A stretch of DNA of 49,697 nucleotides from NCBI GenBank assembly GCA_026165385.1, contig GCA_026165385.1_4524.2. The stretch is one strand, 5' to 3'. Below, piece by piece: positions 24,536 through 33,934 of this stretch (position 1 is its first letter; each line of letters starts with the position of its first letter). The notes below the pieces were generated by a model that worked only from the letters and a program-made list of their open reading frames with translations, made no database searches and was not told the origin of the DNA. This stretch comes from a phage. The translations under genes were made by a program, and so were the position numbers.

Positions 24536-25531
24536 ATGAGCATTACATCTGATGCGGTAAAACATGAAATTAACGGTTTATGTGCTTCACAGATTAAAGT
24601 GTGGTTTAAAGACCATAACGATCGCAGAGCACTTAATTATGAACAAATTGCTATCCAAGTTCATCAATTACTGGTTAGTAAATTTGATTTTCATATGCCG
24701 TCTGAAATCTATACTAATCTACCGCGAGCGCTTATTAAAGCGTGTAAAGGTTACGGAAAATCAATGGCTGATGGAATCTTCAGCGCGCTGAATAAACTTA
24801 ACGTTCTGTCGATGATTAACTCTAACAATATCCTTCGTAATCTTGGATATGTTGATTTGTTCTGTCGTGACCAATGTAAAATGCCTTTGAAATGGATTGT
24901 TGCTCATCTTAACGAGAACCAAACACGTTTTCTGGCCGTAACAGCGCGTTTACAAATGGGCCTAGATCGTCAGATGAACTTTAAAACTCATCCACGTTAT
25001 TCAGGTTCAACTGACTTTTATAAATGTGAGCTTCAAAAGGTCGGTGGCAAAACCGTCTTAGTAGTTCGTGTAATGTTTGAAGGACGACGTCAAGGATATT
25101 TTAACCTAATCGGCTCTGGTCTTAAACATTGTGGATTTATCGACGAAGTTGATATCAAGCGAGACGGCACTGGATATCGTATTGGATATGTTTGTACTCT
25201 TAAAGAAGAGATTTTAGGCCCGATCCCAGGACTAAAAGACGTTAGATATAAAGACGAGCTCATTGAAGAAATAAAAGAAGTTGAATATGATATCAACCAA
25301 GAAGATGCTCTTAAAGACCTTATTGATGAACTGAACCAAGACGTTATTCCGGTTCAGAAATTTGAATCAAAACATGCTGAGCAAATCAAATACTTTGAAG
25401 CTTTGATTAACGAACTTAATGTAACTATTCAACAGACTGACGATGAAATCTCACGATTAGCAGGCTTAAACGGTAAAAATAAAACAGAACGAGCTAATCT
25501 TATTCAAGTAGTAAAACTTCTTAAGGAATGA
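24536..25531 (+). CDS. Hypothetical protein with C-terminal coiled coil, 331 aa
   Basis: SD GAGGAAA; globular N-terminal region then a helical heptad-like C-terminal tail. Confidence 0.65.
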   Translation: MSITSDAVKHEINGLCASQIKVWFKDHNDRRALNYEQIAIQVHQLLVSKFDFHMPSEIYTNLPRALIKACKGYGKSMADGIFSALNKLNVLSMINSNNILRNLGYVDLFCRDQCKMPLKWIVAHLNENQTRFLAVTARLQMGLDRQMNFKTHPRYSGSTDFYKCELQKVGGKTVLVVRVMFEGRRQGYFNLIGSGLKHCGFIDEVDIKRDGTGYRIGYVCTLKEEILGPIPGLKDVRYKDELIEEIKEVEYDINQEDALKDLIDELNQDVIPVQKFESKHAEQIKYFEALINELNVTIQQTDDEISRLAGLNGKNKTERANLIQVVKLLKE

Positions 25532-25560
25532 TGTACAACCAAGGATGGTTGGAGTATAAT
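25532..25560 (+). promoter_or_regulatory. Early promoter-like element with spacer hairpin
   Basis: TGTACA -35 variant, hairpin CAACCAAGGATGGTTG in the spacer, TATAAT at 25555-25560. Confidence 0.45.
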
Positions 25561-25586
25561 AAATTTTTCAACATGAGGAATATAAA

Positions 25587-26546
25587 ATGGCTTTTATTAC
25601 ACGTAAAGAACTTATCAAAGAATTTACCTCGAACGCATATACTCCAGGACCTAATCCTATCCGTATGCCTGTAAAGACTCCTGAAGAGATTGAGGAAGTC
25701 TGTTCATATTATGGGATTACTTCTCGTAAGTTTACTCAATTTGAATGCGTTACTAACACACCCGTTAAAGAGTTCATTAAAAATGGTGAGTTCAGCCGTT
25801 TATTAGCCAAACAGAAACTTCGTAATTTTTGTATTGGTGGTGAAGGACAATATTTCGCTAAGCAGTTCCGGAATAACCTTAACAATCTGATGGCCATTGC
25901 TTCTCGTATTCGTCCTCAAGCAATTAACATGAAACATTTGAAATATACTTATGATAAGTTGGAAATCATGGTTATCAGTGAGAATGAGTTCACTCTTACG
26001 TATAAACCTAAGAATGATAACGTTGCTCGTGTATTCCACCAAGCGTTGGAAGTTTTAGGTGATAATATCCACCAGATTAAAGCAATTTATTCTCGTGAGC
26101 TTAATATTATCGACCCTATCAAGAATAAGGGCCATATCGCTATCCAAGCTCGTGTATCTATTGGTAAAAAGGTTCCTGCGCCATGGTGGCACAAAGACTC
26201 TGAATACTATCAAAATCTTAAAAAGGAAAATGCATTGTTTGAAGGCAATATTACAGCAACACCAGTCGGTAATGCAGAGGTTCTAGGCGCATATTCTCCA
26301 GCACAATCTGGTATGTTTAAAGGTTTGCCAAATGTGTGCAAACTGTCGGCAGTAAAACTAAATGTTTCTAATGACCTTCTTCCGGCCGAAGATTATCATT
26401 ACAACCAAATCAAGGCTACTGTAGACCAACTGTCCGTTGAACTTGACAAAGCACAAGCTAAGCTTCGTGATGCTCAACAGGTGGTGACCAATCTCCAGTT
26501 GCAGTACTCTAAACTTTTTAACGCAATGAATGCATTAAAATCATAA
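25587..26546 (+). CDS. Hypothetical protein with C-terminal coiled coil, 319 aa
   Basis: SD GAGGAA; C-terminal segment DQLSVELDKAQAKLRDAQQVVTNLQLQYSKL is coiled-coil-like. Confidence 0.65.
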   Translation: MAFITRKELIKEFTSNAYTPGPNPIRMPVKTPEEIEEVCSYYGITSRKFTQFECVTNTPVKEFIKNGEFSRLLAKQKLRNFCIGGEGQYFAKQFRNNLNNLMAIASRIRPQAINMKHLKYTYDKLEIMVISENEFTLTYKPKNDNVARVFHQALEVLGDNIHQIKAIYSRELNIIDPIKNKGHIAIQARVSIGKKVPAPWWHKDSEYYQNLKKENALFEGNITATPVGNAEVLGAYSPAQSGMFKGLPNVCKLSAVKLNVSNDLLPAEDYHYNQIKATVDQLSVELDKAQAKLRDAQQVVTNLQLQYSKLFNAMNALKS

Positions 26547-26550
26547 AATA

Positions 26551-26580
26551 GTTTACAACCAAGGATGGTTGGAGTATAAT
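26551..26580 (+). promoter_or_regulatory. Early promoter with spacer hairpin
   Basis: GTTTAC 26551-26556, hairpin CAACCAAGGATGGTTG, TATAAT 26575-26580; duplicate of the element at 25532. Confidence 0.5.
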
Positions 26581-26608
26581 GAATCTATCTTAACGAGAGG
26601 AAAATATT

Positions 26609-27556
26609 ATGACACGTTCACATTACATTGAATACTTTGCAGGTCTTATCGCTAACGCTCACGCTCAACGTGCTACTGGTGCTTGGACTGATGTTCCACA
26701 TAAAGGTGTGGTTTATAGTATTCTTCGTGATTTTCTTACATACACAGGCCAAGAAAATCATATCTGTAAAGATACCCAAAATGCATATTCTCATTCATTA
26801 GGGACGCTGCTTCAATGGTTCAAACGTTCTCGTTTATTATCTTCTACTGTAGCTCGCGATAACATTAAAAACTTTATGAAGCCGAGCTTTATTAAATCTG
26901 TGACATCTAAAACCGATTTGGTTGAATTCACTATTGTTAATGATGTTAAAAAGACTCATTTGGCTGATTGGTTATCTACCATTCCTGAAACTAAATTTGC
27001 TGATAAATTTGCTTGTGAATTCAATAACCAAGTGAATATGCTTTTTAAACATTCACGTAAATTATTCACAGGCGGCGATGATCGTACAAATAAAGTTCAT
27101 GTTAAAGATTGGGTTACTGCAGTATTCAAACCAACTGGTAATGGTAACGCATCATTATCAATTGATATCCAGGTTCCTTATTACTACTCACGTAATCTCG
27201 GCACCATGAAAGCCGAAGAAATTAAGAAGCACAATAAAACCGTTCGTTCGCTGTCTTATAAACTTCGCATGATGTTAAGAATCATGGATGTGGTAGAAAT
27301 GCACAGTGAAACCGAAGATAACGGTTCGATGTTATTCAGTTCTCGCATTCAAATTAAGTTGAAGAACCCTAATACATATAAACCTAAGTCTATTAAAGAG
27401 CCTAAAGCAGAAAAAGTTGATAACTTAAGAGAAGAACGCGAATATCTCAAATCTCGTCTGAAAGAAGTCGAAGCCCAGATTGCAGAACAAACTAAATCGT
27501 TAAAAGCTCTGAATGCGAAAGCGGATGGTTTACGAAATGCCATTGAGGTGTTATAA
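26609..27556 (+). CDS. Hypothetical protein with C-terminal coiled coil, 315 aa
   Basis: SD GAGAGGAAAA; C-terminal segment EEREYLKSRLKEVEAQIAEQTKSLKALNAK is coiled-coil-like. Confidence 0.65.
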   Translation: MTRSHYIEYFAGLIANAHAQRATGAWTDVPHKGVVYSILRDFLTYTGQENHICKDTQNAYSHSLGTLLQWFKRSRLLSSTVARDNIKNFMKPSFIKSVTSKTDLVEFTIVNDVKKTHLADWLSTIPETKFADKFACEFNNQVNMLFKHSRKLFTGGDDRTNKVHVKDWVTAVFKPTGNGNASLSIDIQVPYYYSRNLGTMKAEEIKKHNKTVRSLSYKLRMMLRIMDVVEMHSETEDNGSMLFSSRIQIKLKNPNTYKPKSIKEPKAEKVDNLREEREYLKSRLKEVEAQIAEQTKSLKALNAKADGLRNAIEVL

Positions 27557-27861
27557 TGAAACTACGTCTTTTAGAAGATATTGATATGAACACTAATCAC
27601 TGCTTGGTTAAGTTTATTGACGATAGTTCAAAGATTGAATTTGTTCAACGAGATAAAATTCATAGTGAAGAAGAGTTCGTTCCTCCGGCATGGAACGAAA
27701 TCATGAAAATGGTTGAACGACGTGAAAATGCTGCCAAATCGGCAGCAAAACATCCATGTCCGGAATGTGGAACTATCCAAGTCCAACTGGTTAACTGGAC
27801 CACTGATAACTTGAAATTGAAATGCCGTAAATGCTTCCACAAATTTGAGAGAACATTATAA
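27556..27861 (+). CDS. Zinc-ribbon protein, 101 aa
   Basis: Cys pairs CPECG...CRKC; start overlaps the upstream stop. Confidence 0.55.
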   Translation: MKLRLLEDIDMNTNHCLVKFIDDSSKIEFVQRDKIHSEEEFVPPAWNEIMKMVERRENAAKSAAKHPCPECGTIQVQLVNWTTDNLKLKCRKCFHKFERTL

Positions 27862-28274
27862 TGAGATATAGCCTTCGTTGTTTTATTGCAGCTTTAGTTT
27901 TTGCCATCATTCCATTCATTTGGAACAGTCAGAATACTTACATGGAAACTAAAGTAATTCCTGTGGAAGTAGTGGAATTAATCTCAGGCCAATCTACAGG
28001 AAAATATTCTAAATTAGAATTTATTGCAGTCTATAAAGATGAGCAAGGACGAGTTTTTGACAGGCGTGTATCACCGTCATTTTATACGCTTCTGAATAAA
28101 GGTGATACGATAGCTATAGAAATTCGTGAGATGGATATCAAACAAACTACTAAAGATAACTTGATTTGGTTCTTTGGTACAGTGTTGTTGGTTTCTATCT
28201 GTATCACAGGTTTTATTACATGTATTGTATTTGGCGTTGCATATTTAATCGACGAAAGGAAAAATAATGTTTAA
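27861..28274 (+). CDS. Membrane protein, 137 aa
   Basis: Hydrophobic helices at both termini; start overlaps the upstream stop. Confidence 0.55.
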   Translation: MRYSLRCFIAALVFAIIPFIWNSQNTYMETKVIPVEVVELISGQSTGKYSKLEFIAVYKDEQGRVFDRRVSPSFYTLLNKGDTIAIEIREMDIKQTTKDNLIWFFGTVLLVSICITGFITCIVFGVAYLIDERKNNV

Positions 28275-28530
28275 AGTGTACGGGTATGACTCTACTATTC
28301 ATAAATGCATTTATTGTGATAATGCGAAACGATTGCTGACTGTTAAGAAACAGCCATTCGAATTCATTAATGTTATGCCAGAAAAAGGTGTGTTCGACGA
28401 TGAGAAAATTACTGAGCTTCTTGTTAAGCTTGGACGTGAATCACAAGTTGGATTGACTATGCCTCAAGTGTTTGCTCCTGATGGAAGTCACATTGGTGGA
28501 TTTGATCAACTGCGAGAATATTTTAAATGA
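28267..28530 (+). CDS. nrdC: Glutaredoxin/thioredoxin NrdC
   Basis: 87 aa starting MFKVYGYDSTIHKCIYCDNAKRLL with CxxC active site; matches T4 NrdC as I recall it. Confidence 0.9.
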   Translation: MFKVYGYDSTIHKCIYCDNAKRLLTVKKQPFEFINVMPEKGVFDDEKITELLVKLGRESQVGLTMPQVFAPDGSHIGGFDQLREYFK

Positions 28531-28883
28531 CATATTCATTAAATCTTAAAGATTTCCAAGATGTATACGAAGTTTGTGCCAATGAACTTGGTCCTGATGC
28601 TCCAACTATTATTGAAGTTTTAAATGTGCTCCCTTCATCATTAGCTTACGAAGCCAAATCATGGGGTTGGAATGACACTGTCGTTCGTGATGACCTTTAC
28701 GTCCTGATGAATGATATGATGGTTAAAAAGGCAGAACCGGTTGCACCAATGGTTACCATTACCGTTGAAGAATATAATCGCCTGCAAGCCATTGAAGAGC
28801 TTCTGTGGAACATTGAATGTGACCTGCCGTCAGGGCTAGAATCCTGGATTGATTATGAAGAGCTCAATAAACTCCGGGGTTAA
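28527..28883 (+). CDS. Hypothetical protein, 118 aa
   Basis: ATGA overlap with nrdC. Confidence 0.6.
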   Translation: MTYSLNLKDFQDVYEVCANELGPDAPTIIEVLNVLPSSLAYEAKSWGWNDTVVRDDLYVLMNDMMVKKAEPVAPMVTITVEEYNRLQAIEELLWNIECDLPSGLESWIDYEELNKLRG

Positions 28884-29011
28884 ACCGTGGTATTCTGCTC
28901 GATGGGAGACTGTCGAGCCAGACGTCGAAACGGTTTACAACGACGAAGAACCATGTTATGATGAACCTTCAATAAATGAATTAATTGATATGGAAATGGG
29001 AAGAGATTATT

Positions 29012-29182
29012 ATGCAAGTTAAATTATTGTACCGTTTATTAAAAAATGGCAAACATGATTGGTATTTGCTTATTAAAACCGATCCGAATTTTTTCTCTGG
29101 ACAGCCATTTACAGTTCGTCCTACTAAACGTCAGCTTCGCAAAGCTAAACGTTCTCATCGTAACTTTTATAGAGAATATTGA
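29012..29182 (+). CDS. Small basic protein, 56 aa
   Basis: ATG at 29012 after GGGAAGAGA; the track ORF starts at a TTG at 28985. Confidence 0.4.
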   Translation: MQVKLLYRLLKNGKHDWYLLIKTDPNFFSGQPFTVRPTKRQLRKAKRSHRNFYREY

Positions 29183-29183
29183 T

Positions 29184-29609
29184 ATGAATATTTCTGAAAC
29201 TCGCGGTAAATGGTTCAAGATTGTTAAAGAAGATGAAGAACTACAAGTCAAGTTTCCTGAATTAAAGAAAGATACAATCATCAAGGTAATTGGTACTACG
29301 ACCGAAGATGGTTATGGCGACCATGGCATTATTGAAGTGATGTTGAACACTGGTGAGAAACTTTGCATCTATGACCGTGATACTTCTCTTTGGTGCTTCT
29401 GGGAATCACATTCAATAGATGAACTCGAAGAAATTGATTCGGCCGATATTGCGGATGTGCTAGGTAGTAAACTTGGCGAATTCGAAGGTGAACGAATTTC
29501 TTATGCATTAGCTAAATTAGCCGGACAAGAAAATAACGACGGCTATGAAGGTAACCTGATGCAAGCAGCCGCAGAATACATTGAATATTTAGAAAGACGT
29601 TTAAGTTAA
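29184..29609 (+). CDS. Hypothetical acidic protein, 141 aa
   Basis: ATG at 29184 right after the previous stop; the track ORF 29046-29609 is a 5' extension. Confidence 0.55.
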   Translation: MNISETRGKWFKIVKEDEELQVKFPELKKDTIIKVIGTTTEDGYGDHGIIEVMLNTGEKLCIYDRDTSLWCFWESHSIDELEEIDSADIADVLGSKLGEFEGERISYALAKLAGQENNDGYEGNLMQAAAEYIEYLERRLS

Positions 29610-29614
29610 TAAAT

Positions 29615-29642
29615 ACCCTTATCTATTTAAGGTAAGGGTTTA
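29615..29642 (+). terminator. Hairpin upstream of gene 49 (terminator or RBS-masking structure)
   Basis: ACCCTTA / TAAGGGT stem with 11-nt loop followed by TTTA, ending 3 nt before the gene 49 start. Confidence 0.35.
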
Positions 29643-29644
29643 TC

Positions 29645-30118
29645 ATGTTATTATCAGGCGCAAAATATAAAGAAGAAAAACAAAAATTTTATGATGCACA
29701 GAACGGTAAGTGTCCTATTTGCCACCGTGAATTAGACCCTGATGTTCAAGGTAACCATCTTGACCACGACCATGAATTAAACGGGCCAAAAGCTGGTAAG
29801 GTTCGTGGGTTACTCTGTTCTCTGTGCAACGCAGCAGAAGGTCAAATGAAGCATAAGTTCAACCGTTCTGGTCTTAAAGGTCGTGATGTCGACTACCTCG
29901 AATGGCTTGAAGCTCTTCTTGCTTATTTGAAACAAGATTATTCTGCTAATAATATCCATCCTAATTTTGTTCCAGACAAAACTAAAGAGTTCTCAAGACT
30001 AGGTAAAGAGGAAATGATGGTCGAGATGCTTCAAAGAGGATTTGAATATAATGAATCTGATACTAAAACACAATTAATAGCTTCATTCAAAAAGCAGCTT
30101 AGAAAGAGTTTAAAATGA
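29645..30118 (+). CDS. 49: Endonuclease VII (Holliday junction resolvase, gp49)
   Basis: 157 aa starting MLLSGAKYKEEKQKFYDAQNGKCPICHREL with HLDHDHELNGPKAGKVRGLLC motif; close match to T4 endo VII as I recall it. Confidence 0.95.
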   Translation: MLLSGAKYKEEKQKFYDAQNGKCPICHRELDPDVQGNHLDHDHELNGPKAGKVRGLLCSLCNAAEGQMKHKFNRSGLKGRDVDYLEWLEALLAYLKQDYSANNIHPNFVPDKTKEFSRLGKEEMMVEMLQRGFEYNESDTKTQLIASFKKQLRKSLK

Positions 30119-31932
30119 AAATTGAAAAAGAAATTGAAGGATTAATTCATAAAACTAATAAAGATCTTTTGAACGAGAATGCTAATAAAGATTCTCGTGT
30201 TTTTCCAACTCAACGGGACCTTATGGCTGGTATTGTGTCTAAGCACATTGCCAAAAATATGGTCCCGTCTTTTATTATGAATGCGCATGAAAGCGGAATC
30301 ATTCACATGCATGATATTGATTATTCTCCTGCTCTTCCATTTACTAATTGCTGTTTAGTAGATTTAAAAGGAATGCTTGAGAACGGATTTAAGCTTGGTA
30401 ATGCACAGATTGAAACTCCTAAATCAATTGGCGTTGCTACTGCAATTATGGCACAAATTACCGCGCAAGTTGCTTCACACCAGTATGGCGGAACTACATT
30501 TGCGAATGTCGATAAAGTTCTTTCTCCTTATGTTAAACGCACATACGCTAAACATGTTGAAGATGCAGAAAAATGGCAAATACCAGACATTCTGAATTAT
30601 GCTCAATCTAAAACAGAAAAAGATGTCTATGACGCATTCCAAGCTTATGAATATGAAGTAAATACTCTCTTTAGTTCAAACGGACAAACTCCTTTTGTAA
30701 CAATTACATTTGGTACGGGAACCGATTGGACTGAACGAATGATTCAGAAGGCAATTCTTAAAAACCGCATTAAAGGTCTTGGTCGTGATGGAATAACTCC
30801 TATTTTTCCTAAACTTGTTATGTTTGTTGAAGAAGGTGTTAATCTTTATAAAGATGATCCGAACTATGATATTAAGCAGCTTGCTCTAGAGTGCGCAAGC
30901 AAAAGAATGTATCCTGATATTATTTCGGTTAAGAATAATAAAGCTATTACCGGTTCTTCAGTTCCTGTTTCTCCGATGGGTTGCCGTAGTTTCTTGAGCG
31001 TATGGAAAGATTCGACTGGTAATGAAATTCTTGATGGACGTAATAATCTTGGTGTTGTAACACTGAATCTTCCTCGTATTGCGTTAGATTCTTATATTGG
31101 AACACAGTTCAATGAACAGAAATTTGTTGAGCTATTTAACGAACGAATGGACCTGTGTTTTGAAGCTTTGATGTGTAGAATTAGTTCCTTAAAAGGAGTT
31201 AAAGCTACTGTTGCTCCTATTCTTTACCAAGAAGGTGCATTCGGGGTTCGTCTTAAACCTGATGATGACATAATTGAGTTATTTAAAAATGGTAGAAGTT
31301 CAGTGTCCCTAGGATACATTGGTATTCACGAATTGAATATTCTTGTCGGTCGTGATATTGGACAAGAAATTTTAACTAAAATGAATGCTCATCTTAAACA
31401 GTGGACTGAAAGAACCGGATTTGCTTTTAGTTTATATTCTACTCCTGCTGAAAACCTTTGTTATCGCTTCTGTAAACTCGATACAGAAAAATACGGAAAT
31501 GTAAAGGATGTTACCGATAAAGGCTGGTACACTAACAGTTTCCATGTTTCAGTAGAAGAAAATATTACTCCGTTTGAAAAGATTTCTCGTGAAGCGCCAT
31601 ATCATTTCATTGCGACAGGTGGTCACATTTCTTATGTTGAACTTCCTGATATGAAAAATAACTTAAAGGGCCTTGAGGCTGTATGGGATTATGCTGCACA
31701 ACATTTAGATTATTTTGGTGTTAATATGCCAGTAGATAAATGTTTTACATGCGGAAGTACTCATGAAATGACTCCTACTGAAAATGGATTTGTTTGTTCA
31801 GTTTGCGGAGAAACTGATCCTAAAAAGATGAACACAATAAGAAGAACATGCGGTTATTTGGGAAATCCAAACGAACGCGGATTTAATCTAGGCAAAAATA
31901 AAGAAATCATGCATAGGGTTAAACACCAATGA
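30115..31932 (+). CDS. nrdD: Anaerobic ribonucleoside-triphosphate reductase NrdD
   Basis: 605 aa; C-terminal glycyl radical motif RRTCGYLG and zinc ribbon CFTCGS...CSVCGE; uninterrupted ORF (no intron). Confidence 0.95.
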   Translation: MKIEKEIEGLIHKTNKDLLNENANKDSRVFPTQRDLMAGIVSKHIAKNMVPSFIMNAHESGIIHMHDIDYSPALPFTNCCLVDLKGMLENGFKLGNAQIETPKSIGVATAIMAQITAQVASHQYGGTTFANVDKVLSPYVKRTYAKHVEDAEKWQIPDILNYAQSKTEKDVYDAFQAYEYEVNTLFSSNGQTPFVTITFGTGTDWTERMIQKAILKNRIKGLGRDGITPIFPKLVMFVEEGVNLYKDDPNYDIKQLALECASKRMYPDIISVKNNKAITGSSVPVSPMGCRSFLSVWKDSTGNEILDGRNNLGVVTLNLPRIALDSYIGTQFNEQKFVELFNERMDLCFEALMCRISSLKGVKATVAPILYQEGAFGVRLKPDDDIIELFKNGRSSVSLGYIGIHELNILVGRDIGQEILTKMNAHLKQWTERTGFAFSLYSTPAENLCYRFCKLDTEKYGNVKDVTDKGWYTNSFHVSVEENITPFEKISREAPYHFIATGGHISYVELPDMKNNLKGLEAVWDYAAQHLDYFGVNMPVDKCFTCGSTHEMTPTENGFVCSVCGETDPKKMNTIRRTCGYLGNPNERGFNLGKNKEIMHRVKHQ

Positions 31933-32399
31933 ATTATGATAGATTTTATCCTTGCGATTTTGTGAATGGCCCTGGTTGCAGGGTCGTTCTTTTCGTTACA
32001 GGTTGTTTGCATAAATGTGAAGGGTGTTATAATAAATCAACATGGAATGCTAGAAATGGTGTTCCATTCACCGGTGAAACACTAGAACAATTAATTGAAT
32101 GTTTGAATAATGATTATATAGAAGGATTAACTATAACCGGAGGTGACCCTCTCTATCCTGATAACCGAGATGTTATTCATCGCATTGCTCAAACAGTAAA
32201 AAATCTTTATCCCAATAAAAGCATTTGGTTGTGGACAGGATATAAGTTTGAAGATATTAAACAACTAGAAATGCTTAAATATGTTGATGTTATTATTGAT
32301 GGGAAGTATGAGAAAAATCTTCCGACTAAAAAGCTGTGGCGAGGATCAGATAATCAGCGACTTTGGTCAAATACCGATGGGGTGTGGAAACATGATTAA
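31929..32399 (+). CDS. nrdG: Anaerobic RNR activating protein NrdG (radical SAM)
   Basis: Radical SAM cysteine motif GCLHKCEGCYN; ATGA overlap with nrdD. Confidence 0.9.
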   Translation: MNYDRFYPCDFVNGPGCRVVLFVTGCLHKCEGCYNKSTWNARNGVPFTGETLEQLIECLNNDYIEGLTITGGDPLYPDNRDVIHRIAQTVKNLYPNKSIWLWTGYKFEDIKQLEMLKYVDVIIDGKYEKNLPTKKLWRGSDNQRLWSNTDGVWKHD

Positions 32400-32509
32400 A
32401 TTGAATTACATTATGGATACTATAAATGATATGATTTTTCGTTTTGGTCCAGAATTTTATTCGCAATATAGTTTAATGATTATCAATGCTTAGTTAATTA
32501 AGGGTAAAT

Positions 32510-32725
32510 ATGTACAAATTTCGTAAAGGTTTAGCTGATTTTCTTACAACTGTAACGTTCTTTTTGTTTATGGCAGTTGGAGCTATTTTTCTTATTCCTT
32601 TTACTGGTGTATTTTTCGTGATTAGTTTAATTTCTCCAGAAAAGGGTTTATCCTCCAGCGAATTCAATGAACGTTTGGACAAAATTACTAATAAACTGAA
32701 TTCTGTTCTTGATAAAAAGGCTTAA
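32510..32725 (+). CDS. Small membrane protein, 71 aa
   Basis: SD AGGG; hydrophobic helices FLTTVTFFLFMAVGAIFLIPFTGVFFVISLI. Confidence 0.5.
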   Translation: MYKFRKGLADFLTTVTFFLFMAVGAIFLIPFTGVFFVISLISPEKGLSSSEFNERLDKITNKLNSVLDKKA

Positions 32726-32727
32726 TT

Positions 32728-33039
32728 ATGATTAGTTTTGAGCGGTACGTGGTAGAGAGTTGGAAGGGTTTTGATATGTTCGGTAATGACTATTATTTTT
32801 ACGAATGTAGTTTAAATCCTAGTTTTTGGGCTGGACGTGAGCAAGACCTCGAAGAAATTAACGCTCGTTCCGAATTGCTTGGTGAACTGCCTACAGTGTA
32901 TTTTACCTTTGACGAATCCGGATTCGTTATTCAGGTTTATTTCCCTGAAGAAAATTCTGGTGATGATTCTGTTAACCCGCCGTACTGGGCTTATCAAGGA
33001 ATTATTTCTCGTGGAACAAAACTCGAACCCAAAGAATAA
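32728..33039 (+). CDS. Hypothetical protein, 103 aa
   Basis: ATG 2 nt after the previous stop. Confidence 0.55.
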   Translation: MISFERYVVESWKGFDMFGNDYYFYECSLNPSFWAGREQDLEEINARSELLGELPTVYFTFDESGFVIQVYFPEENSGDDSVNPPYWAYQGIISRGTKLEPKE

Positions 33040-33334
33040 AATTGAAGTTTATGGCATCCCTGAAGAAGTTGGACGTTGTCCAGGATGTTATACTGTTACA
33101 AAACTTTTAAAGGAGCTCAATGCTCCTTATACATTTTATAAAGTCCTCACTAATAATGGTAAGATTGAATATGACCGTCCTTTAATCGTATCTCTTGCTA
33201 AACGTGCAGGATTCACTTCACTTAATATTCGTTATCCTGTCATATTTTTAAATGATAAGAAACAAAAGAATATTGCAGAGTTTAAAAAGTCCTTGATTTC
33301 ATTAGGATATGACTCTGATATCATAGAAGATTGA
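33011..33334 (+). CDS. nrdH: NrdH-like glutaredoxin (start uncertain, GTG 33011 or ATT 33041)
   Basis: Conserved part KIEVYGIPEEVGRCPGCYTV with CxxC has no in-frame ATG; the track ORF from 32837 overlaps the upstream gene in another frame. Confidence 0.55.
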   Translation: MEQNSNPKNKIEVYGIPEEVGRCPGCYTVTKLLKELNAPYTFYKVLTNNGKIEYDRPLIVSLAKRAGFTSLNIRYPVIFLNDKKQKNIAEFKKSLISLGYDSDIIED

Positions 33335-33357
33335 CCAGGTGCCGCCTGGTCTTCTTT
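33333..33357 (+). terminator. Rho-independent terminator
   Basis: GACCAGG-TGCCG-CCTGGTC hairpin followed by TTCTTT. Confidence 0.5.
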
Positions 33358-33442
33358 ATCTCGTTTCTAATATAATCCATTGGAATCTTCACTTCACTAT
33401 TTCCTTGTGCCCCTCTCAAATTGAAAATATTTTCATAAAACA

Positions 33443-33490
33443 GTTTACATCCTCAATAGATGTGTTAAGATTAAACCATCTACTATAGAG
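33443..33490 (+). promoter_or_regulatory. Early promoter with inverted repeat
   Basis: GTTTAC 33443-33448; TAGATG / CATCTA arms; TACTATAGA -10-like; SD GAGGAAAA follows. Confidence 0.45.
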
Positions 33491-33499
33491 GAAAATAAA

Positions 33500-33682
33500 A
33501 TGACAATTGAAGATAAAGAAATTAAGGTTGACCAGTACTATTCTGTCAACGGTAATGCAGTACAGATAACCAGAGTTTCAAGCCTAGATGTTTGGTACCG
33601 TTCAATCAAATATCCAGAAATTGGTGAAATGCTTTGTGACCGTGGTATCTTCTGTTCAATTGCGAAGGAAATTAAGCTATGA
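33500..33682 (+). CDS. Hypothetical protein, 60 aa
   Basis: SD GAGGAAAA before the ATG. Confidence 0.5.
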   Translation: MTIEDKEIKVDQYYSVNGNAVQITRVSSLDVWYRSIKYPEIGEMLCDRGIFCSIAKEIKL

Positions 33683-33927
33683 TTAGTTTAGATTCAAAGA
33701 AGGTTGTTCTAACCCTTAAAGTTAATGACGAGCGACCGGTATTCGTTACCATTTCCGATTTGTATGTTGAAATTGCTAATGGCGTTCGTACTTATCAAGC
33801 AAATAAAACTCATTGGGATTATATCCCGATGTTGACGCTTACTCAGCGTTTAGAATCAATCGGTCTTAAAGACCTTTCAGTAAGTGAAGTGAATTTTATC
33901 AAACGCATTGTATCAATCAACCTCTGA
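33679..33927 (+). CDS. Hypothetical protein, 82 aa
   Basis: ATGA overlap with the upstream gene. Confidence 0.5.
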   Translation: MISLDSKKVVLTLKVNDERPVFVTISDLYVEIANGVRTYQANKTHWDYIPMLTLTQRLESIGLKDLSVSEVNFIKRIVSINL

Positions 33928-33934
33928 GGTACTT

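Noticed and set aside
30115-31932. Group I intron or homing endonuclease within nrdD (as in T4)
   Set aside because: The nrdD reading frame is continuous over 605 codons, and no GIY-YIG/HNH-like ORF or intron-sized interruption is present in the nrd region.
32837-33010. N-terminal 58 residues of the track ORF containing the NrdH-like domain
   Set aside because: Overlaps ORF 32728-33039 out of frame for about 170 nt and has no glutaredoxin similarity; only the C-terminal part is credible.
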